A program made the position numbers and the translations under genes. This document shows positions 1 to 10,408 of a stretch of DNA of 64,000 bases, piece after piece. The stretch comes from a virus. Lineage: Duplodnaviria; Caudoviricetes. The stretch is from positions 64,001 to 128,000 of IMG/VR virus record IMGVR_UViG_3300033120_000868. One strand, given 5' to 3'. The notes under the pieces were generated by a model. That model ran no database searches. It had not been told where the DNA came from and saw only the letters and a list, made by a program, of their open reading frames with translations. How positions within the stretch are numbered: position 1 is the first letter of the stretch; each line of letters starts with the position of its first letter.

Positions 1-2
1 AT

Positions 3-3000
3 CAATATTTATACGATTCAAGTAATCTTATAATTGAAAGTTCTGATTTCTCAACATTACAATTAAGAGAGAAATTTGAAGACATATTTACAGAAGGTAA
101 TGTAGAAGGGGTATACCTATTAGGAGATAATACTGATTTAAGATGTAAAAATATCCGACATTTTAAAATGCCTGATAATGAAAAAGCCCCTTTCATATTA
201 ACCAACACATTATCTCCTTTAGCAGACAGTTTAATTTTTCCATTAGGTATAACAGTTGATGAGAGAGTTATTGTAGATTTTTTAAACATAGCTGAAAAAA
301 ATAATTTACTAAGCAAAAAAGATAGACAGAAAATAAAAAGTTATGAGATTGTAAGAGGTAACATGGGAGAGAACAGAAGTGTAATAGCTTCAGGACTTCT
401 TTATGATATGAGACAATATTTTGATGAAGATGCAAAAAGGACTTTACATTATTCTAACTATCCTTATAATTCTTATAGAAACGATATATTCAACTTAGAT
501 AGTAGTGGAAGCCCAATAACACATGAAGGTTGGGGAGACAGTAATACAAGATACACTTTCCACAGCCCTGAAACAGACTATAATAGACCTACAGTACCTT
601 CAGAGCTATCTGTACAAGGCTTCTTATATGGAAATGCAAAAATTAATTTTGACGAAGTAAAAGGACACTCTAAATGGACAATGCTTTCAGGGAAAGCTAA
701 AGATTTAGCAGGTATTTTAGCAGGACTTGAGGTAGGGGCAGAGATAGCTATTCAAGCTCTTCAAGCAACTTCTAATGCACAGGTTTGGACAATAGCTTAT
801 GGGGGAACATCAACAGGTTTTGGATTTAGTGCAGGAGCACCAGCTTTCACAGCAGGAACAGCTATATCTATAATTGGAGCAACAACAGCAGCTTTATTTA
901 AATGGGCTCAATATAGATATGAGTGGTTAACAACATTCAGAAATTTAGGAGCACCCCATAATTTTGCATATTACCAATTCTCTGAAGGTAAATACTCTAA
1001 TATAGGTTTTGGACAAACAGAGGGTCAAAAATTAAGGGGTTTAAATGTTGGAAAGTACTTAATGGAAGGTATGTACTCTAATACGAACCCAACAACAGGT
1101 GTCACTACACAAATAAATAATTTACATAGAGAGCGTTCTTTATATTTAGATTTAGGAAATCATCCTATAACTTATCCAACAACTTATAAAAATTATGATA
1201 AGTCTACAGGAAATAGCAGTCTAACTTATTTAGGAGAAAATGGGTTAAAACAAACAGGAAGAAGTAGTGATATTATAAGAAATATTGCATCTCCTTACTC
1301 CTATTTAAAAAACTATTTAAGCTCTCAACACGGTTCTATAAACTCAATAGTTTGGTTAAGTACAGGATATAGAGGAGATTTAGTAAATCCAAGCTCAGAT
1401 TGTTTGTCTATTTTTGGGGGTGATACATATATTACGCGTCATACTTTAAAAAGAAAGATGCCTCAGTTTTTATTAGATGCGGTAGATTTAGCAGATAAAA
1501 CTCCATTCAATTATTATCAATATAATAACATTGGTAAAAATCCTAAGTTTTATGTATCTTATAATTTAAATAAGGATGTTAACAGAAATGGAAGTTTATT
1601 GCCTGATATTGATGATGAGTATAACATGGACAACTTTGAAACAAGCGGTAACTACAGAACACCACCTTCTAAGTTTTACTTGTATCATTACGGAGTACCA
1701 AGTTTCTTATGTGAGAGCAGAATAAATTCTTCTTTGCGTTATGGAAAATTACAACCTGACCAAAATTTCTTCCCAAATGTAGGGGATATAGGAGATTGGA
1801 CACAAGAAAAAACTGTTAGTATAAGAAGACCTAATCAATTCTATTATCATTCAGTTTATTCAAGACCTATCAGCTCTTTAAGAGGAAAACTAACTCTTAA
1901 CCCTGATTATGACCCTGAAGTTTCAATAAAAAGAAATAATCAACAAAATGGTATATTAGCTTCAATGCCTGATAATAGCGAAAATGTTTTAGTAGACCCT
2001 TGGTTGATTTACAGACCTTTAGATTTATTTGAGTTCCCAACAGACTTTGGAAAGTTAAAAAGTATATCTCAATTAGAAAACGAAGCTATTTTAGTTAGAT
2101 TTGAGAATACTAATGTTGTTTACAATAAAGTAGATTATACTAATGATGATGGTCAAACACCATCTACAGCTTTTGTAGGAGGAGTAAACACATTTCAAAG
2201 AAGAAGCTCATCTTTTGTAAACGCTGAAATAGGTTTCGGAGGAACTCAAAATACAACCTCAGTTAGTTGCGAAGCAGGACATTTTCACGTAGACGCTAAA
2301 AGAGGTCAAGTTATTCAAGTTATGCCAGGAGGACAAGGTTCTGAAGAGATATCAGCTATTATTGGTGGAAAACCTTCAGGAATGAGAAATTGGTTCAAAC
2401 AGCACTTACCATTTAAAATTCAAAAATATTTTAAAGATATTGATATAGATAATAATTTCAATGGTGTTGGAATATCAATGGGATGGGATTCAAGATTTAG
2501 AAGGTTATTTATAACTAAAAAAGATTATATTCCATTAAACAGTAATATTGAATTAATAGATGGCTTGTTCTACTTAGGAGAAGTACAAATTGATATAACA
2601 AATAAACAATATTTTAAAGATGTTTCTTGGACAATAGCTTATTCACCTGTACTAGGAAGTTGGATGAGTTTCTATGATTTTAAACCTAATTATTACATTA
2701 ATCATCAGAACTACTTCCAAACAGGTGTAAATTCTATAAATGCAGATTTTGGATTATGGTCACATTTATTAACTAATAAATCTTACTTAGTTTTTTATGG
2801 TAAAAAGTACAGTTTTGATGTTGAATATGTAACTAAGTCAGAACAAATCACTAAGAAGTTTAATAATGTAGAATTATGGACAGAAGCTAAAAGGTATCAT
2901 AACGCGTATGATTTTGCATTCAGCCCTGAGATAACATTCAATAAAGTGATGATTCACAATAACACAACATGTTCAGGAGATTTAAATTTAATTCCGCAAA

Positions 3001-3323
3001 AAAATAACTTATTTAGAAACAGAGATTATCCTAAGACAAATGCTAACAACACTCAGGATATTCTAATAACTAATAAAGATAATTTTAAGTGGGCTTTTGA
3101 TTATTTCTTTAACCGCGTAAAATCAAATGTAACAAACCAACCTTTTATTCTAAATGATGAAAATCAAATAGAAAAAGAAGTTAATCCTCAAGCAGTATCT
3201 TTTAAAGGAAAACGTTTGTTAGATAGACTTGAAGGAGATTGGAATTTAGTTAGATTGAAGTATGATAAAGATTCAAGATATCACTTAAACTTTAAGTTTT
3301 CTTTGAACGAACAGAATATTTAA
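3..3323 (+). CDS. Large tail protein (tail nozzle/stabilisation/muzzle-like), 5'-truncated by window edge
   Basis: Frame is open from base 3 upstream of the listed ATG (…CKNIRHFKMPDN). The C-terminal beta-rich region (WTIAYSPVLGSWMSFYDFKPNY) resembles podovirus tail tubular B/crAss-like stabilisation proteins, and it precedes the cargo genes. Confidence 0.6.
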   Translation, partial: QYLYDSSNLIIESSDFSTLQLREKFEDIFTEGNVEGVYLLGDNTDLRCKNIRHFKMPDNEKAPFILTNTLSPLADSLIFPLGITVDERVIVDFLNIAEKNNLLSKKDRQKIKSYEIVRGNMGENRSVIASGLLYDMRQYFDEDAKRTLHYSNYPYNSYRNDIFNLDSSGSPITHEGWGDSNTRYTFHSPETDYNRPTVPSELSVQGFLYGNAKINFDEVKGHSKWTMLSGKAKDLAGILAGLEVGAEIAIQALQATSNAQVWTIAYGGTSTGFGFSAGAPAFTAGTAISIIGATTAALFKWAQYRYEWLTTFRNLGAPHNFAYYQFSEGKYSNIGFGQTEGQKLRGLNVGKYLMEGMYSNTNPTTGVTTQINNLHRERSLYLDLGNHPITYPTTYKNYDKSTGNSSLTYLGENGLKQTGRSSDIIRNIASPYSYLKNYLSSQHGSINSIVWLSTGYRGDLVNPSSDCLSIFGGDTYITRHTLKRKMPQFLLDAVDLADKTPFNYYQYNNIGKNPKFYVSYNLNKDVNRNGSLLPDIDDEYNMDNFETSGNYRTPPSKFYLYHYGVPSFLCESRINSSLRYGKLQPDQNFFPNVGDIGDWTQEKTVSIRRPNQFYYHSVYSRPISSLRGKLTLNPDYDPEVSIKRNNQQNGILASMPDNSENVLVDPWLIYRPLDLFEFPTDFGKLKSISQLENEAILVRFENTNVVYNKVDYTNDDGQTPSTAFVGGVNTFQRRSSSFVNAEIGFGGTQNTTSVSCEAGHFHVDAKRGQVIQVMPGGQGSEEISAIIGGKPSGMRNWFKQHLPFKIQKYFKDIDIDNNFNGVGISMGWDSRFRRLFITKKDYIPLNSNIELIDGLFYLGEVQIDITNKQYFKDVSWTIAYSPVLGSWMSFYDFKPNYYINHQNYFQTGVNSINADFGLWSHLLTNKSYLVFYGKKYSFDVEYVTKSEQITKKFNNVELWTEAKRYHNAYDFAFSPEITFNKVMIHNNTTCSGDLNLIPQKNNLFRNRDYPKTNANNTQDILITNKDNFKWAFDYFFNRVKSNVTNQPFILNDENQIEKEVNPQAVSFKGKRLLDRLEGDWNLVRLKYDKDSRYHLNFKFSLNEQNI

Positions 3324-3327
3324 CTAA

Positions 3328-3359
3328 TTTGTATAAATTAATATTTTTTTGTAATTTTG
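3328..3359 (+). promoter_or_regulatory. Bacteroidetes sigma-A promoter (-33 TTTG / -7 TAATTTTG)
   Basis: TTTG 3328-3331, 20-nt spacer, TAATTTTG 3352-3359. Confidence 0.65.
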
Positions 3360-3401
3360 CCCCTTAGATTAATACCCTTTGGGGCATTTTTTATTATACA
3401 A

Positions 3402-4355
3402 ATGGGAGAAATAAAAGATAAAATATCAAAAGTAGAAAGCGGTAATAACTATAAAGCTGTAAACAAAGCGAGTAATGCAAGTGGAAAATATCAGTTTGTA
3501 CGCAGTACTTGGGAAGGCTTAGGTTACGATTGGGATAAAAGGTTCGATGAAAAGTTGCAAGAAGAGGCTATGGCTAAACTAACTTCTTTGAATAAGAATG
3601 CTTTTATAAGCAAGTTTAAAACAGAACCTACAGACTCAGATTTATATGGAATGCACTTTTTAGGAACGGCAGGATATTCAAAAGTAAAACAAGCTAACCC
3701 TAACACTCCTATAAGCGAATTAATAAAAGGGCAAGCTTATAACTTAAATAAAAATGTATTTGAAAAAAATGGACGACCTATAACTGTATCAGAATTTAAT
3801 GGGTGGCTAACTAAAAAAATGGGAACAGGTGTTTCTCAAGTAAATAGCCAAACAACTTCACAAGAACAACCTCAAGTAGGATATGTAGGTATGTTACCAA
3901 ACGGACTACCTGAAGTTTATGGACAACCTTACGTCGCGGAAGAAAAGGTTAAAGAAGAAGAAACAGCAGAAGCCTCAAAAAGAACAGATAATGCTAATAA
4001 ATTAGGATTTGTAGCAGACTACGAAGAATTAGCAAAACAATATGAGCAACAACTACAAGCTCAACAAAAACCAATACTACAACAAGAAATAGTAGAAGGA
4101 GTACAATACCAACCTATTCAACAAGAGTTTCAAGAAGGAGGAGTAAAAATAGACCCACAAGGGTATTGGAATCCTGATAATGAAGGTAAGCCCGTAATTA
4201 TACCAAGCCCCTCAATAACAACTAAAGGAATTAGCTACCCGATTTATGGCAAATCACTAGAAACAGGCGAGGTAAAATTAATGACTCCAAATAATGAATA
4301 TTTTTTCGCAAACACAAAAAACGTATTAGAAACGCCAATTTATGAAAAAAAATAA
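3402..4355 (+). CDS. Virion-associated lytic transglycosylase/lysozyme-like protein
   Basis: ISKVESG..ASGKYQF..STW lysozyme-like motifs. ATG 3402 is preferred over the listed TTG 3357, which overlaps the promoter. Confidence 0.75.
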   Translation: MGEIKDKISKVESGNNYKAVNKASNASGKYQFVRSTWEGLGYDWDKRFDEKLQEEAMAKLTSLNKNAFISKFKTEPTDSDLYGMHFLGTAGYSKVKQANPNTPISELIKGQAYNLNKNVFEKNGRPITVSEFNGWLTKKMGTGVSQVNSQTTSQEQPQVGYVGMLPNGLPEVYGQPYVAEEKVKEEETAEASKRTDNANKLGFVADYEELAKQYEQQLQAQQKPILQQEIVEGVQYQPIQQEFQEGGVKIDPQGYWNPDNEGKPVIIPSPSITTKGISYPIYGKSLETGEVKLMTPNNEYFFANTKNVLETPIYEKK

Positions 4356-7300
4356 AAAACAAAGATTTATATCTGATAAAATTTCAGAATTAAAAAAACA
4401 AGGTAAAAATCAACAAGAAAGTATTGCGATAGCTTTGAGCATGGCTGAAAACATGTTACAAAAAGGTGGTACATCTACAAATATAAATGAAGTTATAACA
4501 GAGGCTAATAAGATTAACTCCTCATACAGACCTATTAAAAAAATACAAAGAGGTGTAACTAACAGTAAAGGACAAGAAGGAGTATACTACTACTATGAAA
4601 AAGTTCCAGGAGACCCAGGATTTGACCCAAGTATTCACAGAGATTTTGTAACAAATCAAAGTATGGCGGAGCAAACTTTTAAAACAATTGAGCCTGAACT
4701 TTATAACCCTGAATTAGAAAAATATAGACAATTAACATCTTTAAAAGAAGGAGGAGAGTTACCTAAATATCAAAATAGAGCTATTATACAACCCAACAGT
4801 AGTTTTTTTAAAGGGTATGATTTTAGTAACCCAATAAAATTAGAAAAACAGTATCCTACTACTACATATAATCCAGGAACTTTTAATTTTTCAGAACAAT
4901 CTCAGCAAAAATATTATGTACCAGGACAACTTAATTTAAATAGTAGTTGGGAACAACCAATACCAACAGCTGTTAACACACCTGTTGTTGAACAACCTAC
5001 CTATACAGATAAAAACATTCAACAAAGCAAGCCTTCTTACTATGTTAATTCAAATGAAGAAAATGAAGTAATTACACCTGTCCAAGATAAATACACCAAA
5101 ACAGAAGAGGATATTGTAAAATCAAATCTGCAAGTGACAGGAGATACTAATAATTATTCACAAGAAAATATTATTGAAACACCTCAATTTGAGAGACAAA
5201 CTCCACCAATTCAATTTGCAAATCCTTATGGAGGGGTGGATTTAAATACGGCTTCAGCTTTATTTGGACAGTCATTGCAACAAGGAGATACTTTAATGGG
5301 AGTAGCTAGCGGAGCTAAATTAGGTTTAGGATTAGCAAGAAACTTTATGTCAGGATATTCGGCAGGAGTTGACAGAAATAGAGTATTAAACGACTATAGC
5401 TCAAACATGCGTAATGCTATGACAGGAGCTGAGACACCTGTGCAATTTCAAGAAGGTGGTACAGCTAATGAGCAAGACCAATTATTACAACAAATAGCTA
5501 TGATGCTTCAGCAGGGAGCTCAGCCTGAGCAAATAATGCAAGAGCTTATAAATATGGGTATGCCTGAGCAAGAAGCTATACAAGCAATTCAAATGGTTAT
5601 GCAACAAGTTCAAGCTCCACAACAAGAGCAAATGATGCAAGACGGTGGGGTTGCAAGGCAAGAAGAAGTACCTGTTGAAATGGCAAATGCAGAGATTGAA
5701 GATGGAGAGTATGTTCAAGATACAGAAGGTGTAAAATATGCAGAAGGAGCTAAACACTCTGAAGGAGGTATTCCAACACAATTAGAAAACGGTGCAAGAG
5801 TTTTATCAGATTATAAAAAAGTAGGGAAAGATTTATCGAAACAATTTTCTGAGCAGTTAGGGTTTGAAGTAAAAGCTTCTGATACTTTTGCAACAGTTTT
5901 AGATAAGTTTAATAGAAAAGAGGAGTTTGATAAAAAATTAAAGCATTTAGATGAGTACGCAGATAAAATGGAGAAACAAGAAAAAATTGTAAAACATGAC
6001 GCTACTTTAGCTTTAAATAAGCAGATTTTAATAGAAGAGGCTCAAGAAGATACTCAAAAATTACAAGAACTTGTAAAACAACAAGAAGGTTTATTCAACA
6101 TGCTATTTGAAGCTCAAGAAGCTACAAAAGTAATGGAAGAGGGTGGAAATTATATGCAAAATGGAGGAACAGTAAATGACTTAATGGCTAAGTATAATAT
6201 CTCAGCAGAAGAAGCCACAAAGTTAATTCCTTCGATGCAAGATGCAGGTACTTTTAATATAGATAAATTTGGAAATTCTACAAACTTTCAAAATTTAACA
6301 GATGCTGCTACATTAGGAAAAATGTATGGTGAAGCTAGAAAATACACACCTGAAGAAAAAGAGGCAATTAAAAAATACTACCAAACAGTTGTAAAAGATG
6401 CAAACTCATTAAAAGTATTAAATGATAGGCTAGACAACGACACTTTAGTGTATAATGAAAATTTATTAAAAGAGGTTCAAACCAATAAAGATATACCTCT
6501 TCAGTATCAGTCAGAAACAGAAAAAAATCTATTTGGAGTACAAACAGACAGCAGATTAAAAGATTATTTATATGCAAGTGACTTTGAAAGAAAATTTGGA
6601 AGACCTTTTGGTTCATCTCCTGAAGATGAATCTTTAATTTATAAAGAAATTATCTCTGCATTAGAAAAAGAGGGTGTAAAATATCATGGCTCTCCTGTTA
6701 CTAATAAAGGTACAGAGTTATTTGGAGACGTAAATGCAGGGAAACCTAAATTTGTAAAAGAGATGTCTGCTAATAAAGAATACTCTTTGGACGCAGGACT
6801 ATATAAAAAAGCAACACCTGAAGAAAAAGAAGCTATTGCAAGAAGTTTAGGAGTAGACAAGGGTATCTTAGACCAGGAAGCTAATAAAATAACAACAGGT
6901 TTTATAAAATTTAAACCACAAGGCGAGACAGCACCATCAAGTACAGCAACAGTAGCAGAAACACCTATGGAAATACCTACTACACCTGTAGTAGACGTGG
7001 CACAAGATAAGAATAGAATGGCGTTTTTAAATCTACCTGACCAAACACCAATGTTACCATGGGCTATGCAAGCTCCTGCTATGACAAGACAGACTATTTA
7101 TGCTCCAAGATGGAATGAAATCTCACCTGAACAGCAATTAACAGATATTCAAAGAGGTAGAGTAGCAACAGCAGAACAGTTATCTTTTTTACCTGATTCT
7201 CAACAAGCCTCTTCTTTATTTGCTTTAGACGCTAATGCTACGTCGGCACAAAATAAAGTAAGGTCAGAGACAGAGCGTTACAACCAAATGGCAAGAGAAA

Positions 7301-7632
7301 GAACAGAAGCGGCAGAAGCAGACCAAAAAACAAGACAGTCAGCAGCAGATGTGGTAGCAGCTCAAACTTATCAGCAACAATTAGGAAATGAGTTAGAGAG
7401 TAATGAGGCTGATTGGCGCTCATGGTACAATCGTGTTCAAAGTAATCAGATGAATAATTATCTAACTACCAACGAGTATAATAGAAGTAACGCTTTTAAT
7501 CCTGATGTACAGTTCACAGGACAAGGATATGAAGTTATAAATACTCCAACCTACTCTGTAGATTCTGCAAAGATTCCTATGACACAAGAACCAACTAAAA
7601 AGAAAAAATCTACAAAAAGATTTGGAAAATAA
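4342..7632 (+). CDS. Putative internal virion/cargo protein (1096 aa)
   Basis: Long Cys-free ORF, Q-rich, with repeated hydrophobic-x-x-GG motifs and an EIEDGE..GAKHSEGG segment; lies in the structural module. Confidence 0.6.
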   Translation: MKKNKKQRFISDKISELKKQGKNQQESIAIALSMAENMLQKGGTSTNINEVITEANKINSSYRPIKKIQRGVTNSKGQEGVYYYYEKVPGDPGFDPSIHRDFVTNQSMAEQTFKTIEPELYNPELEKYRQLTSLKEGGELPKYQNRAIIQPNSSFFKGYDFSNPIKLEKQYPTTTYNPGTFNFSEQSQQKYYVPGQLNLNSSWEQPIPTAVNTPVVEQPTYTDKNIQQSKPSYYVNSNEENEVITPVQDKYTKTEEDIVKSNLQVTGDTNNYSQENIIETPQFERQTPPIQFANPYGGVDLNTASALFGQSLQQGDTLMGVASGAKLGLGLARNFMSGYSAGVDRNRVLNDYSSNMRNAMTGAETPVQFQEGGTANEQDQLLQQIAMMLQQGAQPEQIMQELINMGMPEQEAIQAIQMVMQQVQAPQQEQMMQDGGVARQEEVPVEMANAEIEDGEYVQDTEGVKYAEGAKHSEGGIPTQLENGARVLSDYKKVGKDLSKQFSEQLGFEVKASDTFATVLDKFNRKEEFDKKLKHLDEYADKMEKQEKIVKHDATLALNKQILIEEAQEDTQKLQELVKQQEGLFNMLFEAQEATKVMEEGGNYMQNGGTVNDLMAKYNISAEEATKLIPSMQDAGTFNIDKFGNSTNFQNLTDAATLGKMYGEARKYTPEEKEAIKKYYQTVVKDANSLKVLNDRLDNDTLVYNENLLKEVQTNKDIPLQYQSETEKNLFGVQTDSRLKDYLYASDFERKFGRPFGSSPEDESLIYKEIISALEKEGVKYHGSPVTNKGTELFGDVNAGKPKFVKEMSANKEYSLDAGLYKKATPEEKEAIARSLGVDKGILDQEANKITTGFIKFKPQGETAPSSTATVAETPMEIPTTPVVDVAQDKNRMAFLNLPDQTPMLPWAMQAPAMTRQTIYAPRWNEISPEQQLTDIQRGRVATAEQLSFLPDSQQASSLFALDANATSAQNKVRSETERYNQMARERTEAAEADQKTRQSAADVVAAQTYQQQLGNELESNEADWRSWYNRVQSNQMNNYLTTNEYNRSNAFNPDVQFTGQGYEVINTPTYSVDSAKIPMTQEPTKKKKSTKRFGK

Positions 7633-7652
7633 AAATAAAAGTAGTAACTTTG
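7621..7652 (+). promoter_or_regulatory. Bacteroidetes sigma-A promoter
   Basis: TTTG 7621-7624, 20 nt, TAACTTTG 7645-7652. Confidence 0.7.
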
Positions 7653-7668
7653 CAAAAAAGATATAATT

Positions 7669-10407
7669 ATGGCGTTTGGCGTTAACCCAATAAAACAAGA
7701 TTTCGGACAAACTATTTCTACAGTGGCGGATGCGCAAAGAAACACTCAGTTTCAAACAGCACTACAAGAAAGGTTTGACGTAAACTCAGCAAAAATAGAA
7801 GAAGCTATACAAAGAGTATCTGCTATACCATTGTTAAGAGATAAAGATAAAGAGTATTTACAAAAGAATATGTCAAATATTTTAAACACTGTAAATGCTA
7901 ATATTAAAGCAAGCGGGGGTAGAAGTTTATTAAACAACAATATGTCGGGTCAGCTAACTAAGTTAGTTGGCTCTTCTATTGATGACTATTTAGTAGAACA
8001 GATGTCTATTTCAGCTCAAAAACAACAGTTTGATACTCAAGTGGCGGAAGAAAGAAAAAAAGATGCAAATACATTTAATGCAGGTAATTATCAATACTCT
8101 TTAGATAAGGCAGGATGGAATGAATATATGGAAGGTAAAGAAGACTCTTTAAAAGGAGGATTACAATACATACCATATTCAGATTGGAGTGCCAATGCTA
8201 CTAAAAAAGCCGCGGAATTAGCTAAACTAAAAGGTAAGAGAACTATTGAAATTGTAGATGAAGCAACAGGAAGAAAAACTATAAAATCAATAGACGGATT
8301 AAGACCTGACGAAGTGGCGGAATACTTACCAAACCTATTATCTTCTCAAGATTTACAGCAGATGCGTATTGATGGGTATATAAAAGGTAAAACAGACCCT
8401 GAAGGAACAAAGATGGAGTATGATTTACTACTTGATTCACAAATTACAAAAGCAACCGCATATAAAAAAGCAGCAGAAGCAACTTACAATTCATCTACAG
8501 ATGCCACTATAAAAGCAAATGCTAAAAGACAGATGGACAATTATGACGCAGTTATAAAACAGTCTGAGCAAAAGAAATCAAATGGAGATTTTGAATCTAT
8601 GGGTTATGATTTAGTCTATTCAAAAGGCAGAAACATATTAGTAGACCAACTGTCCACAGAAGAGTCTATATCTTATGAAATGGACGATGTATTTAAGTTT
8701 AATGCTGAAATGGCTATGGCAAAAGCTAAGTTAGAAGTAGATGCAGAAGCAAATGCAATAGCAAGTGGGACTTCTTTGGCAGGAATGGATGTAACACCCC
8801 TTTCTCAGGACAAAGAGAATATGAAAGTGGAGGATAAATATTCCGCTGTTAAAAATGAGCATGACCAATCTTATAACAGAATTGTAGGTATGGGGTTAAA
8901 TGTTTTAGAGGACAATACAGTTTCGGAAGATGTCAAAGCTAAATTTGAGGGAGAGCTATTAAGAAACGGCTTTAAAGTTGTAGAGCAAGGTGATGGAAAA
9001 TATTCAATAGAAAAAGACCCTAATGATAAAAGAGCTATAAGTAAAGCAAATGCTATTTCAGAAGCTATAAAAGTATCAAAAGCTTTACCTAAAGCAGAAA
9101 TGATACAATTAGATGAGCTTGTAAAAAATAAAAATTATATATCGAAAGCGTTGCATGAAGCAAATAAAGAATTTGGTAAAGATGTAGATACAGATGAGTT
9201 GGTAGATGATTTAGTAAGTGCTAAAAACACTTTGACAACCACATTACCTTTTAGAATGTTTGATGTAGTAGAGGGTTTATCAGATTTACGGAATGCTGTT
9301 AGTAGTATACCAAACATGATTAGTGGAGAAGGAGAACCTATTGAAACAAGTAAACAGAAAAGGCTATCCACTGCTTCAAAAATAAATAAGTTGATAGAAA
9401 GTAAAGGAGGGATAGACGGATTAAAAAAAGAAATGAAAGTTAACCCTGCATTAGCTCAACAAGTTGTCAATTTATTAGACGAATCTTCAGATGCTGATAG
9501 TCAAATCTCAAGAATAGATTATAATGGAGGAAAAGTAACAAGAAATCTAAAAAAAGCAGGAGAAAAATTAGATAAAATGGGATGGTCTTCTTTCTTTAAA
9601 GATAAGTCAGCTATACAAATCACATCTGAAAAAGCTAAAGAAGAGGTAGTAAACTCTATTGACCAAAATTTAATTCAAGAAGGAAAAGGTTTTGATACTA
9701 AAAAAGGAGGTATTACAGCTACACCTTATTACAACTCAAGAGGTGTTGTAGAAGGTTTTGATATAGTGCAATACAACACAGAGAATAAAGATGGTCAAGT
9801 GTTTACTAAAGCAAGAGTAGCGGTTTCAACTTTAGCAGGTCAAAAACTTATGTCTAAATTAGCTCAAGGGGATGAAAAAGATGCAAGAAAAGTACCTAAC
9901 AGTATGGAAATAACTCCTATGTATAAAAAAATAGAAAACCCTTTTCCTACAGATGTAGCTTCAACAGAGAGAGAGTATGATGATTTTATTTCTTTAGGTT
10001 TAAACAATGACCCTATTTTTAATTCTATATCGGTATTTTTTAATTCAGGAAAAGATGGAACAACAACAGTTAAGGATAATGTATTAAACTACGCAAAGTC
10101 TCAATTGTATGGAAAATATTCAGAAGAAGAAATTGAAGAGAGTATAAACAAAGTATCTGAAGGGTTTAGAACAGGAGAATACACTGCAAGTTTAAAGACA
10201 AATAAATTACCTTCACAAGGTACAGCTAAATGGGTAGCTACATTTGAAAAAGACGGTAAACCTATAGTACAACCATATAATTTTGTAAATACACCCAATC
10301 TTCCAAAAAACGCAGAAAATTACTTTAGAGCTTACCCACAATACGTAGCTTTAAACCAAATAATTGAAGCCTTGAAAAAAGGAACAGTAAAACCAACAGA
10401 CTTATAA
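7669..10407 (+). CDS. Putative internal virion/cargo protein (912 aa)
   Basis: Long helical Cys-free ORF between cargo-like genes. Confidence 0.55.
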   Translation: MAFGVNPIKQDFGQTISTVADAQRNTQFQTALQERFDVNSAKIEEAIQRVSAIPLLRDKDKEYLQKNMSNILNTVNANIKASGGRSLLNNNMSGQLTKLVGSSIDDYLVEQMSISAQKQQFDTQVAEERKKDANTFNAGNYQYSLDKAGWNEYMEGKEDSLKGGLQYIPYSDWSANATKKAAELAKLKGKRTIEIVDEATGRKTIKSIDGLRPDEVAEYLPNLLSSQDLQQMRIDGYIKGKTDPEGTKMEYDLLLDSQITKATAYKKAAEATYNSSTDATIKANAKRQMDNYDAVIKQSEQKKSNGDFESMGYDLVYSKGRNILVDQLSTEESISYEMDDVFKFNAEMAMAKAKLEVDAEANAIASGTSLAGMDVTPLSQDKENMKVEDKYSAVKNEHDQSYNRIVGMGLNVLEDNTVSEDVKAKFEGELLRNGFKVVEQGDGKYSIEKDPNDKRAISKANAISEAIKVSKALPKAEMIQLDELVKNKNYISKALHEANKEFGKDVDTDELVDDLVSAKNTLTTTLPFRMFDVVEGLSDLRNAVSSIPNMISGEGEPIETSKQKRLSTASKINKLIESKGGIDGLKKEMKVNPALAQQVVNLLDESSDADSQISRIDYNGGKVTRNLKKAGEKLDKMGWSSFFKDKSAIQITSEKAKEEVVNSIDQNLIQEGKGFDTKKGGITATPYYNSRGVVEGFDIVQYNTENKDGQVFTKARVAVSTLAGQKLMSKLAQGDEKDARKVPNSMEITPMYKKIENPFPTDVASTEREYDDFISLGLNNDPIFNSISVFFNSGKDGTTTVKDNVLNYAKSQLYGKYSEEEIEESINKVSEGFRTGEYTASLKTNKLPSQGTAKWVATFEKDGKPIVQPYNFVNTPNLPKNAENYFRAYPQYVALNQIIEALKKGTVKPTDL

Positions 10408-10408
10408 T

